A stretch of DNA of 63,280 nt, filler included, from Folioceros fuciformis (lineage: Eukaryota), in assembly GCA_049999805.1 (NCBI GenBank). It is 8 parts of 8 records of this genome, joined end to end, with 100 filler letters (N's around TTAATTAATTAA, not from the genome) between each part and the next. Parts side by side here need not be neighbours in the genome. Positions count along the whole stretch, not along the records: positions 44,155 to 51,008 come from JBNGIO010003601.1; positions 51,109 to 58,182 come from JBNGIO010003603.1; 6 more parts are not named here. One strand, given 5' to 3'. How positions within the stretch are numbered: position 1 is the stretch's first letter; the number at the start of each line of letters is the position of its first letter. This document shows, piece after piece, positions 46,121 to 58,282 of the stretch. Both the position numbers and the translations under genes were made by a program. A model generated the notes under the pieces. The model had not been told where the DNA came from, searched no databases, and saw only the letters and a program-made list of their open reading frames with translations.

Positions 46121-49100
46121 CTACTCGTTCCAGACTGCAAAAATGGGTGGGATCCCGTGGCCGACTCCTCCCAGCTGATTGGGCCGAACTTGCATGTTCT
46201 GGACGGAGTTGCTGGTGGTCCAAGAGGTCATGGTGTTGGCATCGTAGCTGGATTTCACCACATTCGGCGATTGAGACATGTACATGCTGATGCTCCTGGA
46301 CAGGTCCCCTTGCATCACGTTCTCGTAGGCGGAGCTCTTGGATGTGCCCTCTTCGCCTTCCGAGACCCCCGAGTTCCTGGGGCTGTCCCCTGTCGCGGAG
46401 GAGTAGGGCCCCTGCCCGGAGTTGCTGCCCATGAGCGGGTTGGATCCGGAGCTGAGCCCGCTGAGCAACCCGTTAGAGCAGCTGCCGTCGGTGCCGTCAG
46501 TGGGCAGCGCGTCCAGACCCATGAGGTTGCGCAGCACCGCGCTTTGCATGTTGGGGTGCTGCAGGNNNNNNNNNNNNNNNNNNNNNNNNNNNNNNNNNNN
46601 NNNNNNNNNNNNNNNNNNNNNNNNNNNNNNNNNNNNNNNNNNNNNNNNNNNNNNNNNNNNNNNNNTTGGGGTGCTGCAGGTCCGAGTTCTGCATGCCAGG
46701 GTGTTGCAGGCTCGCGGATTGCAGATATTTCTGGTGGTGCTGCTGCATGGACAGGGAATCTGAGAATACTGACGCCTGTTCCTGCTCAACCTGCTGGTCG
46801 CACCAGGAGTTCCGCTGCACTTGGGCCTGCGCCTGCGCTTGAGCCTGAGCCTGAGCTTGCGCCTGGGCCTGTGCATGTTGTGACTGCTGGTACAGCATCT
46901 GCCACTGCTGCAAGTTCTTCATCACCGAGGTATGCTGATTGCTGGAGTTGTCCACCGACTGCATCTCTTCCACGTGGTGCTCCTGCTCCAAACTGGCGTG
47001 CGCGTGCACGGCTTGAGCCTGTTCGTTCGTCTCCTTGGTGAGCAGTGCAGCCTTGGACGCCAGCTGCCCGGTCGGTGTCGTCTGGGAGCAGATCCTCTTG
47101 GTGTCGTACCTGCTGATGTCGAAGTTCGTCACCGCATTGATCCCCCGGAACTTGATAGCCGCGATATCATAGGCCTCAGCAGCTTCCTCTTGAGTGCCTG
47201 CAGCCGTATCCAGATTAGAGACCGAAGTTCCTTCGCACAATCCACCAGCGCTGGCGACAATTCGAGAAACACAACTGCACACTCACTGTATGTCCCGAGG
47301 TATAGATCCTTGTTGCCGGCTACTCTTCCAATTCGCGCTTGCCACCGGCCATGCTGATGGTGCCTGTAAAGGCGCCAGAGGGATCCAAGTCAGTGAATTG
47401 GTCTAGCATGGATCCAGAATCAAAGGACGTCGAGGGCAAACCGCTCACCGTGTAACCCCGCGATACACCGATGCACCCCGAGAGAATCCGCTGCTCTTCC
47501 TGCAATTCACAACCAGGACCAAGTGCTTGATCAGCGTCATATTCCGGGTGGAGAGACCCACAAGGTCTGAAGCGTGAGACAGAGTACGCAACGTTCATTA
47601 CCTTCTCAAGGACGCCACATACTCCTGGCGTGTCATGTTTTTCATTTCTTCCAACTCCTTCTCATAAGTGGCGATCTGAGGCGGGACAAACACAAATGAA
47701 GAGAGGGTGTCAGAGCCAGAGGCCGAGCCAGAGCCAGCGCCAGCGCCAGAGGACGGCAAGTTGAAATGGTCACGACACAGAAGTAGAATCGCTGCAACAC
47801 GGAAGCTACAGGCGGAAGCCGTGACCAGTAAGGTCCGGACACATGGTCCTGGCGATTGAATAATCTAACAATAAATCAGAGGCGGCAGCAGCAAGAAGGT
47901 ACAGTCATGCTGACATTCAGTAGAATGAATATGAATCCCAAAAATTCCGCGAGCCCGCCCACAAACACATGATCGCGGAGGCCTCGGTCCACATGATGAG
48001 GCTCAGATGGGAAGGAACACAATCATGACACTCCCAAACCAACAGAAAGCCACACTGCAACGGCAAGCAGGGAGCATTAAACAACGCTGTACCGGAAAAT
48101 TGATCGTAGTTGTGGGACCCCAGTACTTCAATGCAGCCAAGTCGTAAGCTCTGGCTGCCTTTTCCTCTTTATCATACCCTCCTGCACATCATCAATGTCA
48201 AACAGCAGCCACAGCATTAGTGACACCGCTCAGGAATGACTCTGCTCCTCCGAGCCCCTGCATGCATGCAAACGCAAATAGCTCGCTCGCTCGCAGTTTG
48301 GGGCCTGTACAAACAATTCTGGACTGCCGCTGTAATGAAATCCAGGGAAGACAGAAGCGTGCGGAGGAACATACCAAGATACACTGCAGATCAGGAAGGT
48401 GAGATCCATCGGAGCAGCCCGCAGGGTCGATGCAAACACACCGGCAGCAGAGATGCGGTCAGTGCTCTGTCCAAAGCTTCCACGACAAAGGCATCGCCAG
48501 GCAAAAGGAAAAATAATCCAAGGCAATCCTGATCAGTTGAAGACGTGAAGTGAATCTGCTGTCACACACACACCTTGTCTCCCCTTCCTAGTTTGGCCCT
48601 CCTTCCTGCACGAGTTGTCCCACAGGTGGGCTTCGTAGCGTCCAGTCCATCTGTGCCTGAGGTGAGAGTAAGCAACAACAGTCTAGACGTGAGCGGAAAA
48701 GCACTGTACCTGCTGGAATGTAGGCTCGATCCAGATTCACGAGACTAGAGCCCACCAACAACGACACGATTTGCATGGAAAGGCAACGGGAACAGGGAAT
48801 GAACAGCGCCATGCTCATCCATCATCGTGGAACAGTGGGCATGAAAGACAACGAACCTTGTGACTCCCCGATACACCGAAGTCCTCTGGCCGAAGGTGTC
48901 GATGGATTTCCTGGGTGAGGGTTCCTTGCCGGGCGCACGCGCAGCACCTCGCTTCCGGGGCTCCCCGGATCGGGGACTGCTGGGGGTGCTGCCTGGGCCG
49001 GAGGCGGAAGAGGCCTGGGGCACGCCTGCCGCAACGGAGCCTGCTCCTCCGAGGGACGCAGTCAGCACAGAGCTGGTCTGAGAGCCGGGGCTCATGGACA

Positions 49101-50547
49101 GAGTAAGCGACTGCAAGTTGGCGATGGCGCCGCGACCCCCAGTCTTGGGAGACATGCTGGCCTGGAGATGGTGTGCGACACCCAGAGACCCCGCCTTGTC
49201 GGAGGACGCACTCTGGTGATGCCGAAGCCACGTCTTGATGGCGGAGATCCCAGCAGGCCCCATGCTCCCCCCGGGGCCGTTACTGGCGCCGGCGTTGGCC
49301 AAGGGAAGCTGCAAGCTGCAGTCGGTGAGCAAGGACGAGTGATCCGCACCGGCTCCACTTCCGCTCACCGCCCCGCCAGACCCCGAGTCCATGGCTGCGA
49401 CGTGCAGCAGGTTTTGGCCGTGCTGGCTCTGCAGCACATTTTGGAGGCTGCACAGCGCGCCGCCCTGACTCCCGTCCAGAGAGGATTGGTCCCCGGGCTG
49501 GGGCTGGAGCGACGGCTGGCTCTGGGGCTGGCTCTGGCTGACCACCTGTCGGGAGGGGTCGAAAGCGTTGGAGGAATTCATGGCCACCACCGGGTCGTAG
49601 GCGCTGTAGGGGAGGTGATGCGAGTCCCCTGGTCGCAACCCGGAGTAGGGCACATTGACGTTGATGCGCGAGGAGCGCTGCTGCTGCTGCGCGTCTGCTG
49701 CCGCCGCCACTGCTGCCGCGGTGCCCGCGTAGTACATGTCCAGTTCATGATGCGCGGAGTCGGAGCGGCTGGAGTGGTACTGCCCCCCAAGCGACGCCCC
49801 GCCCAGAAAATCCTCCAGCTTCGGGCCGTCCCGCTCCTGCTTCATCTCGAATTGCACCATGTGCTGCTCGCCGTGGCCCGAGGACGCCAGCCGCGACAGA
49901 TCCGAGGCCAGGAAGTGCTGCGATTGCACACAGTGGTTGTCCGTCTGCATGGGTCTGGAAAGCTGGTTGCTGGTCTTCATCTGCCAGCTGTTGTCTGCAG
50001 CAGCAGCAAAGCAATTAGATCTGTGTGTTGCCCGTTGGTGTCCTGGAGCTGTGTCTGTAGCACACACATACACACATGGACACACGCACACAAAGCACAT
50101 CCAGATTCTTGACCTATATGTCATCCGTCCTGCATAATGCAGGTGGCATTGTGCAGGGGAGAATGACAAAGTTGACGAGAGACGAAGAAAAGAGGACGGA
50201 GGATGCAGGTGAGGGGAGGGGAGGGTACCTTTAGGTTGGGAGCGGCTGAAGGCTTCCATGATGCAGAGCGAACCGTCGGATGGAATTGAGAGCGAGTCCA
50301 TGGTGGAGCGCTGGTCCAGCAGAGAAGAAGAGCCTGTGTCAGTCCTGCTGCCAGGCTGCTGCAGCGCGCCTAGAGAGGAGAAGCAGGCGTCATTGGAGGA
50401 GGCTGAGGCGGCGGCGTTGGCAGCGTTGATGGCAGAGCTCTGGCCGGTAGCTCGCTGGCCGGCGGAGGGGTCTGGAGCATCGATGGTGAGGTGCGGCGAC
50501 AGCGAGAAGGCGAGCCAGCTGTTGACCGAATTGTTGACCGACCTCAT
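46121..50547 (-). CDS. ANT: euANT-clade double-AP2 transcription factor (ANT/PLT/BBM/APB-like). Exons 50547-50229, 49994-48857, 48656-48574, 48383-48375, 48181-48093, 47675-47602, 47499-47449, 47363-47287, 47197-46121 (N gap inside the last exon)
   Basis: euANT motifs [25 protein letters not shown] and [19 protein letters not shown]; two AP2 domains with exon sizes 83/9/89/74/51/77 nt; C-terminal IFAVWNE. An upstream in-frame ATG also exists at 50616. Confidence 0.95.
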
Positions 50548-51008
50548 TCGTTGGCTCAGATCACCAGCTTGAGGCAGCAGCAGGCTGGGATGAGGAGAGC
50601 TGGCCACCTCTAACATGAAGCAAAGCAGGCGTGGCTTCTTCCCTCCTTGGCTGAAGTTGGTTGTTGTGATACCAGCAGTCCGAGAGAGCGCGCAGCCAAA
50701 AGCGGGCAGCTTGCGAAGAAAGTGTGATGGCCAACACGAGAAGAGAAACAGTGTGGAGTGCGTCTGGACTCCCCTCTCTTGTTCACCACACTAGCACTGC
50801 TATTGCTATACCTCCTGCAAGAGCTGAAAATGCTGTTGGCGGTGCTGCTGCCACCTGCTACTTGAAAGTTTCCATACACCAGCAACAGCCTGACGAAGGA
50901 GAAGCCCCGTGCGGCCGAGGTCCAATTCCTGGGGACACCTGCTGTGCGGAGGCTGCTGGCTGTTGGTGAGGCGGAGGCGGAGGCGGCGGCGGCGTTGGTG
51001 TTGGTGTT

Positions 51009-51108
51009 NNNNNNNNNNNNNNNNNNNNNNNNNNNNNNNNNNNNNNNNNNNNTTAATTAATTAANNNNNNNNNNNNNNNNNNNNNNNNNNNNNNNNNNNN
51101 NNNNNNNN
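51009..51108. other. Artificial scaffold linker
   Basis: 44N-TTAATTAATTAA-44N. Confidence 0.97.
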
Positions 51109-52934
51109 GGACCCGGGGAGGGCGCGGGGAGAGGGGGTGGCAGGCCAACGGTACCCATTGACTTGTTAAATCAAAGGAGGCCGACGCCGCTGAGGTACAC
51201 CAGGTGGCGGCTGATGCCAGTGAAGGGCATTTGTGGGCGTAGGCAAAACCCTGGCAAATGTTGGTCTTTCCTGTAGAATCGACAATCGTAGTCGACCAGC
51301 GAATCATCCATCGTCCATTGCCGATAACTAGCGAACTGTCCTGGAGGGATGGACGTGCGTACGTACGTACACATGTACGCGCATACCACACTTGTACCTG
51401 GACTGTCTAGCAGGCTGAAGTTGCAGACAAAAGTGCGACTGCATGCGCACAGAGAATCTGTAATGTGCGCAAAACGCAAACGTGTGTTGACGCCAGGCCG
51501 TTAGTTGCAAACTGCAGTGCAGAGAGTGAACGAGGCTGACATCGCAATCCCAAGCTTTCAACACAGCTTCTGGGAGTCTGCAGCCACAGGGGGTGAATAT
51601 AAGCGTCGAATAATCTGCCATTGTACTGTACTTGGAACGGAAGCCTTCCCACTATTCCCACGACCGCGTTCGTGTAGCCCCGTACTCAACGGACATACAC
51701 ACAACGCACATGCTCGTAACCCCTCTGGGCAATGCGATGCTTTAAAAATGTTGCAACATGAAAATCCTTACATGTACACACACAGTACAAACTTCCCTCA
51801 CCAGTACGGTAGTGCTAATAGACTGGTGAGTAGGTGATGGCTGTGAGGCTGAGGCTGAGGCTGAGGCTGAGGCTGAGGCCCCACACTTGTGAAATGTCCC
51901 GTGTTGACCAGCAACACAGGTTGTATTATGATATGCTTTGTTGTGTTGGAAGGAAACGCAAGAGGAAGTGGAGAGGTACCAAGTTGCAGGAATTCCTACG
52001 CATATGATTGTGCAAGTTGGTCTCGTACCAAATCCCAAATCCCAATTCAAGTCCTTGACACGTTCTTGTGGACTGTGAGGAGGAACAAATTCTGCTTCCA
52101 CTTCTCTTGTTTGTTGAATAGTCATTATTCTATAAGCATGGTGGATGTTGTGCGGAAGATGGCACGGAGGAAGTGGATTTGATTGCAGGTACTCCGTGCA
52201 AGGAGTAGGGTACAGATGTGTACATAGTTTGTGGAAGGGACTGAAACTATCCCGCAGCACGCAATTGGGTGGAAGATGGATGGTGGTGGGACGAAGGCTC
52301 TGCTCTGATGCGGGGTCCATGACGTGATATTTTCGGAAACAAAACCGGAAAATATTGTATGTTTTTCGAAGGGGAATTGGGCACCATGGAGTGCAGGTGA
52401 TGGTGCAGGTAGAGTATAAGCGCACCGAGTTGGGAGCACCGCGGTGGCTCGAGTGTCTGCAATGTGCCGTACTGCAAATGTAGGTGGGACGTGAGGCCGG
52501 CGCAAGTGGGCAATCCCATCTATAAATGTGCAGGATGCGAGTATCTGAGAGAGCGCCTAAAAATAAAGAGACGCCAGGAATAGCATCCAGATTTGTATCA
52601 AGGAACGCTTTGCTACGGCCCGGTACATGCCGCTTGTACTTGCCCCAGTGGCCGTCGCCCGTGCGTATATGCATTTTATAAGCTGTGCTTGGCGTGTCCT
52701 CCTCCACCCCCTATAGGACAGCCTGCTTTTTGTTGCCCCACAAGCGACACACTGCATCACACTGTGTGTGGGAGCCCGGAGCCCAGACTGCTCTTCTGCT
52801 TTTCCTTCAAATTCTCCAGTTGAAGAGAACAAAATGGAAATGAAGTGAATTCCAGGTCGGAGATGACGCACAGCTGCGATCCCAAAATCGCGACAGGGGC
52901 CTTCAAGGAACTTAGGAAGGGAAAGGGCCTTCCA

Positions 52935-52958
52935 AGGGGAAGGGGAAGGGGAAGTGGA

Positions 52959-53005
<47 letters not shown>

Positions 53006-53265
53006 NNNNNNNNNNNNNNNNNNNNNNNNNNNNNNNNNNNNNNNNNNNNNNNNNNNNNNNNNNNNNNNNNNNNNNNNNNNNNNNNNNNNNNNNNNNNNNN
53101 NNNNNACAGGGACAGGGACAGGGAAAGGGAAAGGGAAAGGGAAAGAGTGTGTGTTGCTGCCTGTCCCGAGTCACAGCCTGGGGGCTGGGGCTGGGGCTGG
53201 GGCTGGGAGTCGGCAGGGGTCGACGGGGAGGGGCTGGGCTGGGCTGGGCCGGGCTGGGGCTGGCT
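52935..53265. repeat. Compound hexamer/pentamer microsatellites ((GGGACA)n, (GGGAAA)n, (GGGGCT)n) spanning an N gap
   Basis: Directly visible; source of several spurious ORFs. Confidence 0.88.
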
Positions 53266-54350
53266 GGTTCCGTTGTACCTTCCCGGAATGCGGGAGGAAA
53301 CCCCACTCTGGCACGCCAGCTTCTGCGTTGGCTGGAAACCGGAGGGAGACGGGCTACTGGCTCCCCCACGACCCCTTCTCGCATCACGCCCGGTCGACTG
53401 GAACACAACTGAGGCATGATGGAGAGCAAGGGGGCGGAGGTGGAGCCAGGGGAGGCGGCTTTGGGCCAGGCCCCTTGGCCGCGCGCAATTTAGGTTTAAT
53501 GATTAGATAACCGGGTGGAACCGGGCCGGTTACGCCTTGCAGTGCCTGCCTCCCTGCCTACCTGCCTGCCTCCTGCTTGCTCCGCTCTCCTCGTGCGTTT
53601 TGCTGCTTTCCTTCCACAGATCTGGCAGGCCAGGCGGAAAGGGGAGGAGAGAGAGAAAGCTGCCCTGCCCTGGCGTGGCGTGGCCTGCCCCCCTGCCCTG
53701 CCCGACACCCCGCGCTGTGGGTGCCCGGACGCACAACATATTGCGGCCCTTTTTCCTGACCCCCGTGGGAGGACAAGACCGGAGGAGGAGCATTCGTGCT
53801 TTCCAGACTCCTGGTGGCGACCTTCCCTTCCCGCCTTGCTTTACAAGTAGAGCAGAACAGGGCAGGGCATTGCAGAGGAGAGCAGGCTATCTTGCTTGCT
53901 ACGCCGGCTGCGTCTCTTGCTACGCGCCTGTGCTTGCCTGCCTGCATGCCCGTTGTGTTCTTGCTTTGGCATTTGTGTGGCGGATGCGGAGGTCCGTTTC
54001 GGAGTACCTACTGCGTGCGGAGGGTGTGACACCTTGCTGGTGGGAGTGGGAGCGGGAGCGGGAGGAAAGTTGATGGTTGAGGTGGTGCGTGGGAGAAGCT
54101 CGTCTGCTTGCTCGTCTGCTTGCTGCCGCTGTTGCTCTGCTACCGCTGCCTTTGTTCCTGTCCTTCGGGGCCTTGGGTTCCGAGGTTCTTGAGGCCTCCA
54201 GCGAGGCCCTCGGGAACGTATGAAGCTAGGTAGCATAGCGTCTCCCGCCTCTCTTCCTTTCCCCCCCGGACTCGCTGCTGTCGGTGACGTGCCCTGCCTG
54301 CGGCTCTGGCGGGACGTGAGTGTTGCCAACGGAGGCTAGAGCCTGTCACC

Positions 54351-55234
54351 ATGGGATGGTCTCCCGACAGCGCAACCAGTGCTTACTTGGACACCATTAA
54401 GCTGGTGAGTCAGCTCAGCGGCAGTGCTTTCTCTCTTCTCTTCTCTTCTCTTTAATGTTTGCTGCATGTTTGCTGCAATGTAATGTGAGTGTCGGCTGCA
54501 TGCGGGAATTGTGCTGTGCTGTGCTGTGCAGTGCACAGCTCATGGTTATCTTGCGTGTTTTGTAGTGCAATCTTGATCATGAGAGGCGTCACACATCCGC
54601 CAGGCACGTGGAGCCGCAGAGCACCGAGTTCATTTCGGCTCTGGCAGCCGGAATGAATGCCAAGCTCATTCTGGAAGTGTGCGGGACCGCGTCGCAGACC
54701 ACTATCGCCTTGGCCGCCGCGGCCAAGCAAATCGGAGGCAGGCTCATCTGCGTGCTCTCTCAGCCCGAGTCCCTGCTGGATGCCATGGTGGCTATGAAGG
54801 AGCTCGGCTTGGCAGCCTACGTTGAGTTCACCGTCGGGGAGGCCGGGGATATCATCCTGCAGTACCCTGACGTGGACTTCGCGCTCATCGATTGCAAGCA
54901 AGCGGACTACGTCCATTACTTTAACCTTCTCAGGCTCAATCCCGTGCGAGCCGTCGTTGTGGCTGACAACTTGTTCGACCGGAAGGCCACTGCTGCTTAC
55001 GGGAAGATTGTCAAGAGGCAGCCCGGTGCCAGATCCATCACTCTTCCTATTGGGAAGGGGATTGAAGTCACCCGCCTCACCAGAGTGGAGCGAGCGGTGG
55101 ACAAGAGCACCCACGACCACGTCAGGGTGGATGATGACAAGCCCCTTGCCAGGAGGGGCAGGGTTAGTTGGAAGTGCGACGATGGTGATAAGCCCAGGCG
55201 GCCAGGCAGGAAGAGCCGTTTCAGAATAGAGTAG
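54351..55234 (+). CDS. DUF1442 family protein (SAM-dependent methyltransferase-like fold). Exons 54351-54404, 54566-55234
   Basis: MGWSPDSATSAYLDTIKL|C...EFISALAAGMNAKLILE...TIALAAAAKQIGGRLIC...DFALIDC...LPIGKGIEVTR; phase-0 GT-AG intron. Confidence 0.9.
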
Positions 55235-56357
55235 TGCTGTATACCGTATTATTGCGCTCACGGATGCCACCAACAACAAGCTTCACCTGTCATGGCTCAA
55301 TCCCCCACCCTCCCGCTCTGCCCCCCTTACCTGAGTTTGTGAGGCTACCCACGCCCTTCTACTTCCTCCTACTATATCTTGCGAGGTATATGCTACTCAG
55401 CACTCGAACTGCTAGGTTTGAAGGTTTTGTGTTGCAGCAGAGGAGTAGCAATTCAGCGCCTTGGGATTTACTTCGGACAGGTTTGTCCTCTCTCAACCTC
55501 TCTGCTGCATGTCTGTCCACTATCTCTCACTCGTGTTCTTACTCCACGTTTCGTTCGTTCCTCCTTCCTGCCAGACAGCTCTTTCGACAATCTACCTAGC
55601 AAGATTTGCAGCAGCGTTTCTTTTGGGGACGCTGGAGCTCTCATAAATCTGGCGTCAAAGTTTGTTGGCCAACAGGAAGACGACAGGCGATACCTTTTGG
55701 TCAAATGCTTTTGTATTTGACATGGGTGCTGGTAGCAGCAATAATAATGGTAGGGTTCAGTGTATGAAGGATGGAGGATATTGCTAGTCTAGGTTTTGTG
55801 AAGTAGAATCCTGAGTGCATCTGCACATGGACACACGTACTGACCCAAGCGGTCTGCGAAAGTTTTGACACTGTATGTAAGTCCTCTCTAGATGAGTTGT
55901 TCTTGTCTTTTCTTTTGGTTATCAGAAAAGGCTCTTCTTGAAATATTAGCTGAAATCTGGAATGTTCGTCCTGGCAAGTTCGTGAAGCATGCATGTACGT
56001 TACTATAAGTCCAAGAAAAGGAATCTGTCAATGTCGGGGGGCGGCGCCTCGTGCCTAATAGGGCATCTGTGAGAACGATATCTCAACGTGGAAGGAGCCC
56101 GTCCGTCCGTCGGACTGTGCCACGGCACCAAATGAATCGGTGCCAGCATGGCAGACGTTCACAATTCACAGCTGACGGCACGAGGCAAAATGCAGGGCGG
56201 CATGTGTGGTCGGGAGTGCGGCCGCATACACTCACACTCATAACGCACCTCAAGCCTATCTTAAAATGGGTTATGGCTCCGTTCTACACATGAGTGTTCA
56301 CGCCTTGTGCGTGCCTCGCAAGCTAGCGAAGCGAGCAAACTTTTCTTGCGCCTTTGA

Positions 56358-56378
56358 TTTGAATTCTAAAATTCGCCG
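56358..56378 (+). promoter_or_regulatory. Candidate CHR-like (TTTGAA) plus E2F (ATTCGCCG) elements upstream of RNR2
   Basis: TTTGAA at 56358-56363 and a WTTSSCSS match at 56371-56378, ~200 bp before the ATG of a gene family known to be E2F-regulated. Confidence 0.5.
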
Positions 56379-56572
56379 CGCTTTTTCCTTTCCCTCTCTC
56401 CCCGGCCTACATAGCTGCCTTACACCCGGCGTGTTCTAGAGTTGAACTTCGGCCGCGCTCATCCTTCGCCATCCCCTTCGTCGTATCGGCTGCGCGTGGA
56501 GGACTGATAGTCGTGGACGAAGCCCCGTGCGTGCTTTCTTCTGTTCGCTCTCGTGCCTCGTCACAAAGCAGG

Positions 56573-58128
56573 ATGGGTGGATCCTCCATTATGGCAGAGC
56601 CTTTGTTGGAGGAGAACCCGAACCGCTTCTGCATGTTCCCCATAACCTACCCTACGGTGTGGGAGATGTACAAGAAGGCAGAGGCCAGCTTCTGGACTGG
56701 TGAATGTCCTACTCTGTTTTTCAGTTGTCTGGCGTGGGGGCTGCGGTTGCCCTAATTCTAGTTCGTCATGCTTGGAAGTCTGGGACGTGAACTCAGTATG
56801 TGGGCCGGTTTCTGCTGCACTCGTGGCCTGGTCAGTGTGTTATGGAATTTCGATGTTGTAACGATGACCGAACTTTGTTGTACGGCGCCGGGTCACAGGC
56901 AGCTTTTCTGGTTGGTTCTTAACACACGTGTCATACGATATCTGCAGCCGAAGAAGTGGACCTCTCGCAGGATTACCAGCATTGGGAGAGTCTGAACAGC
57001 AAAGAGAAGCATTTTGTCAGCCATGTCTTGGCTTTCTTCGCTGGTTCTGATGGTATAGTACTGGAGAATTTGGGCGTTCGGTTTATGAAAGAAGTTCAAG
57101 TGCCTGAGGTGAGCTGTCCTTCCTTGAACGTTCACATTTTTTGTGTTAATCAACCAGCTAGACCAACGTATTAAACGGACATGTGTGGCAACTGCGCGCA
57201 CTATCTCAGCTGATCTGACAGATGCTTTTCATGTTTGATAATCGTTGTACTCAGGCAAGGGCGTTCTATGGGTTTCAGATCGCCATCGAGAACATTCACT
57301 CAGGTATGAGGAATGAACTCAAGCTTGTACCTGGTCACCTGTTGTGGCTACCATTCCCGCTGTGCACTAACCATTCGATTATTAAATACTGTGTAGAGAT
57401 GTACAGCTTACTCCTTGAGACATACATCAAAGACCAGAAAGAGAAAGCACGACTGTTTAATGCCATGCACACCATCCCCTGCGTAGCCAAGAAGGGCGAT
57501 TGGGCTAAAAAGTGGATTGAGAGGTTGGTTGATGTACCTGTTTTTGAATTGGGTGACTTTACTGCATCTCACTATTTTTCTTCTGAGAACTCTGCTCACA
57601 GATAGCAATTGTGCAGCACCGAGTCATTCGCTGAGCGGATTGTTGCCTTCGCATGTGTGGAGGGTATCTTTTTCTCTGGAAGGTTTGTGTGCTTCTATGC
57701 AAGTAAGACTTGACGCTGGTGGTGAACATTTTTAGAGTGGACTGACCCCAGGGTTGGACTGCAGTTTCTGTTCAATCTTCTGGCTGAAGAAACGAGGGCT
57801 GATGCCAGGATTGACTTTCTCCAATGAGCTCATCTCCCGAGATGAGGGATTGCATTGTGACTTTGCCTGTCTCCTGTACTCGTGAGTATGACATCCAGTG
57901 TCAGAGCATTGTACTTGAAGTGCTGAGGAAACTATATTTTATCCTCATGTAGTTTGTACCTGCAGGTTGTTGAATAATAAACTTGCCGAAGAAAGGGTGC
58001 ACGAGATCGTCAAGGATGCTGTTGAAATAGAGCAGGAGTTTGTCTGTGAAGCACTGTCCTGTGCCTTGGTCGGAATGAACAAGAAATTAATGGGCGAGTA
58101 CATCGAGTTTGTTGCCGACAGATTACTT
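56573..58128 (+). CDS. RNR2: Ribonucleotide reductase small subunit, 3'-truncated. Exons 56573-56699, 56948-57108, 57255-57303, 57397-57523, 57617-57682, 57765-57881, 57966-58128
   Basis: [92 protein letters not shown] and [10 protein letters not shown]; all introns are GT-AG and phase-consistent. Confidence 0.97.
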
Positions 58129-58182
58129 GTAAGTAGTGTAATGTGCTCTTGGAGCAATAAACATGCCGGGTGCATTCGGTAC

Positions 58183-58282
58183 NNNNNNNNNNNNNNNNNN
58201 NNNNNNNNNNNNNNNNNNNNNNNNNNTTAATTAATTAANNNNNNNNNNNNNNNNNNNNNNNNNNNNNNNNNNNNNNNNNNNN
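58183..58282. other. Artificial scaffold linker
   Basis: 44N-TTAATTAATTAA-44N. Confidence 0.97.

Noticed and set aside
51742-52707. 321-aa minus-strand ORF
   Set aside because: Cys/His/Pro-rich random-looking composition, no motif, and it runs through a microsatellite; likely non-coding.
53417-53494. Short ORF starting MMESKG, resembling the SAMDC conserved uORF
   Set aside because: Similarity ends after five residues, and the downstream gene is DUF1442, not SAMDC.
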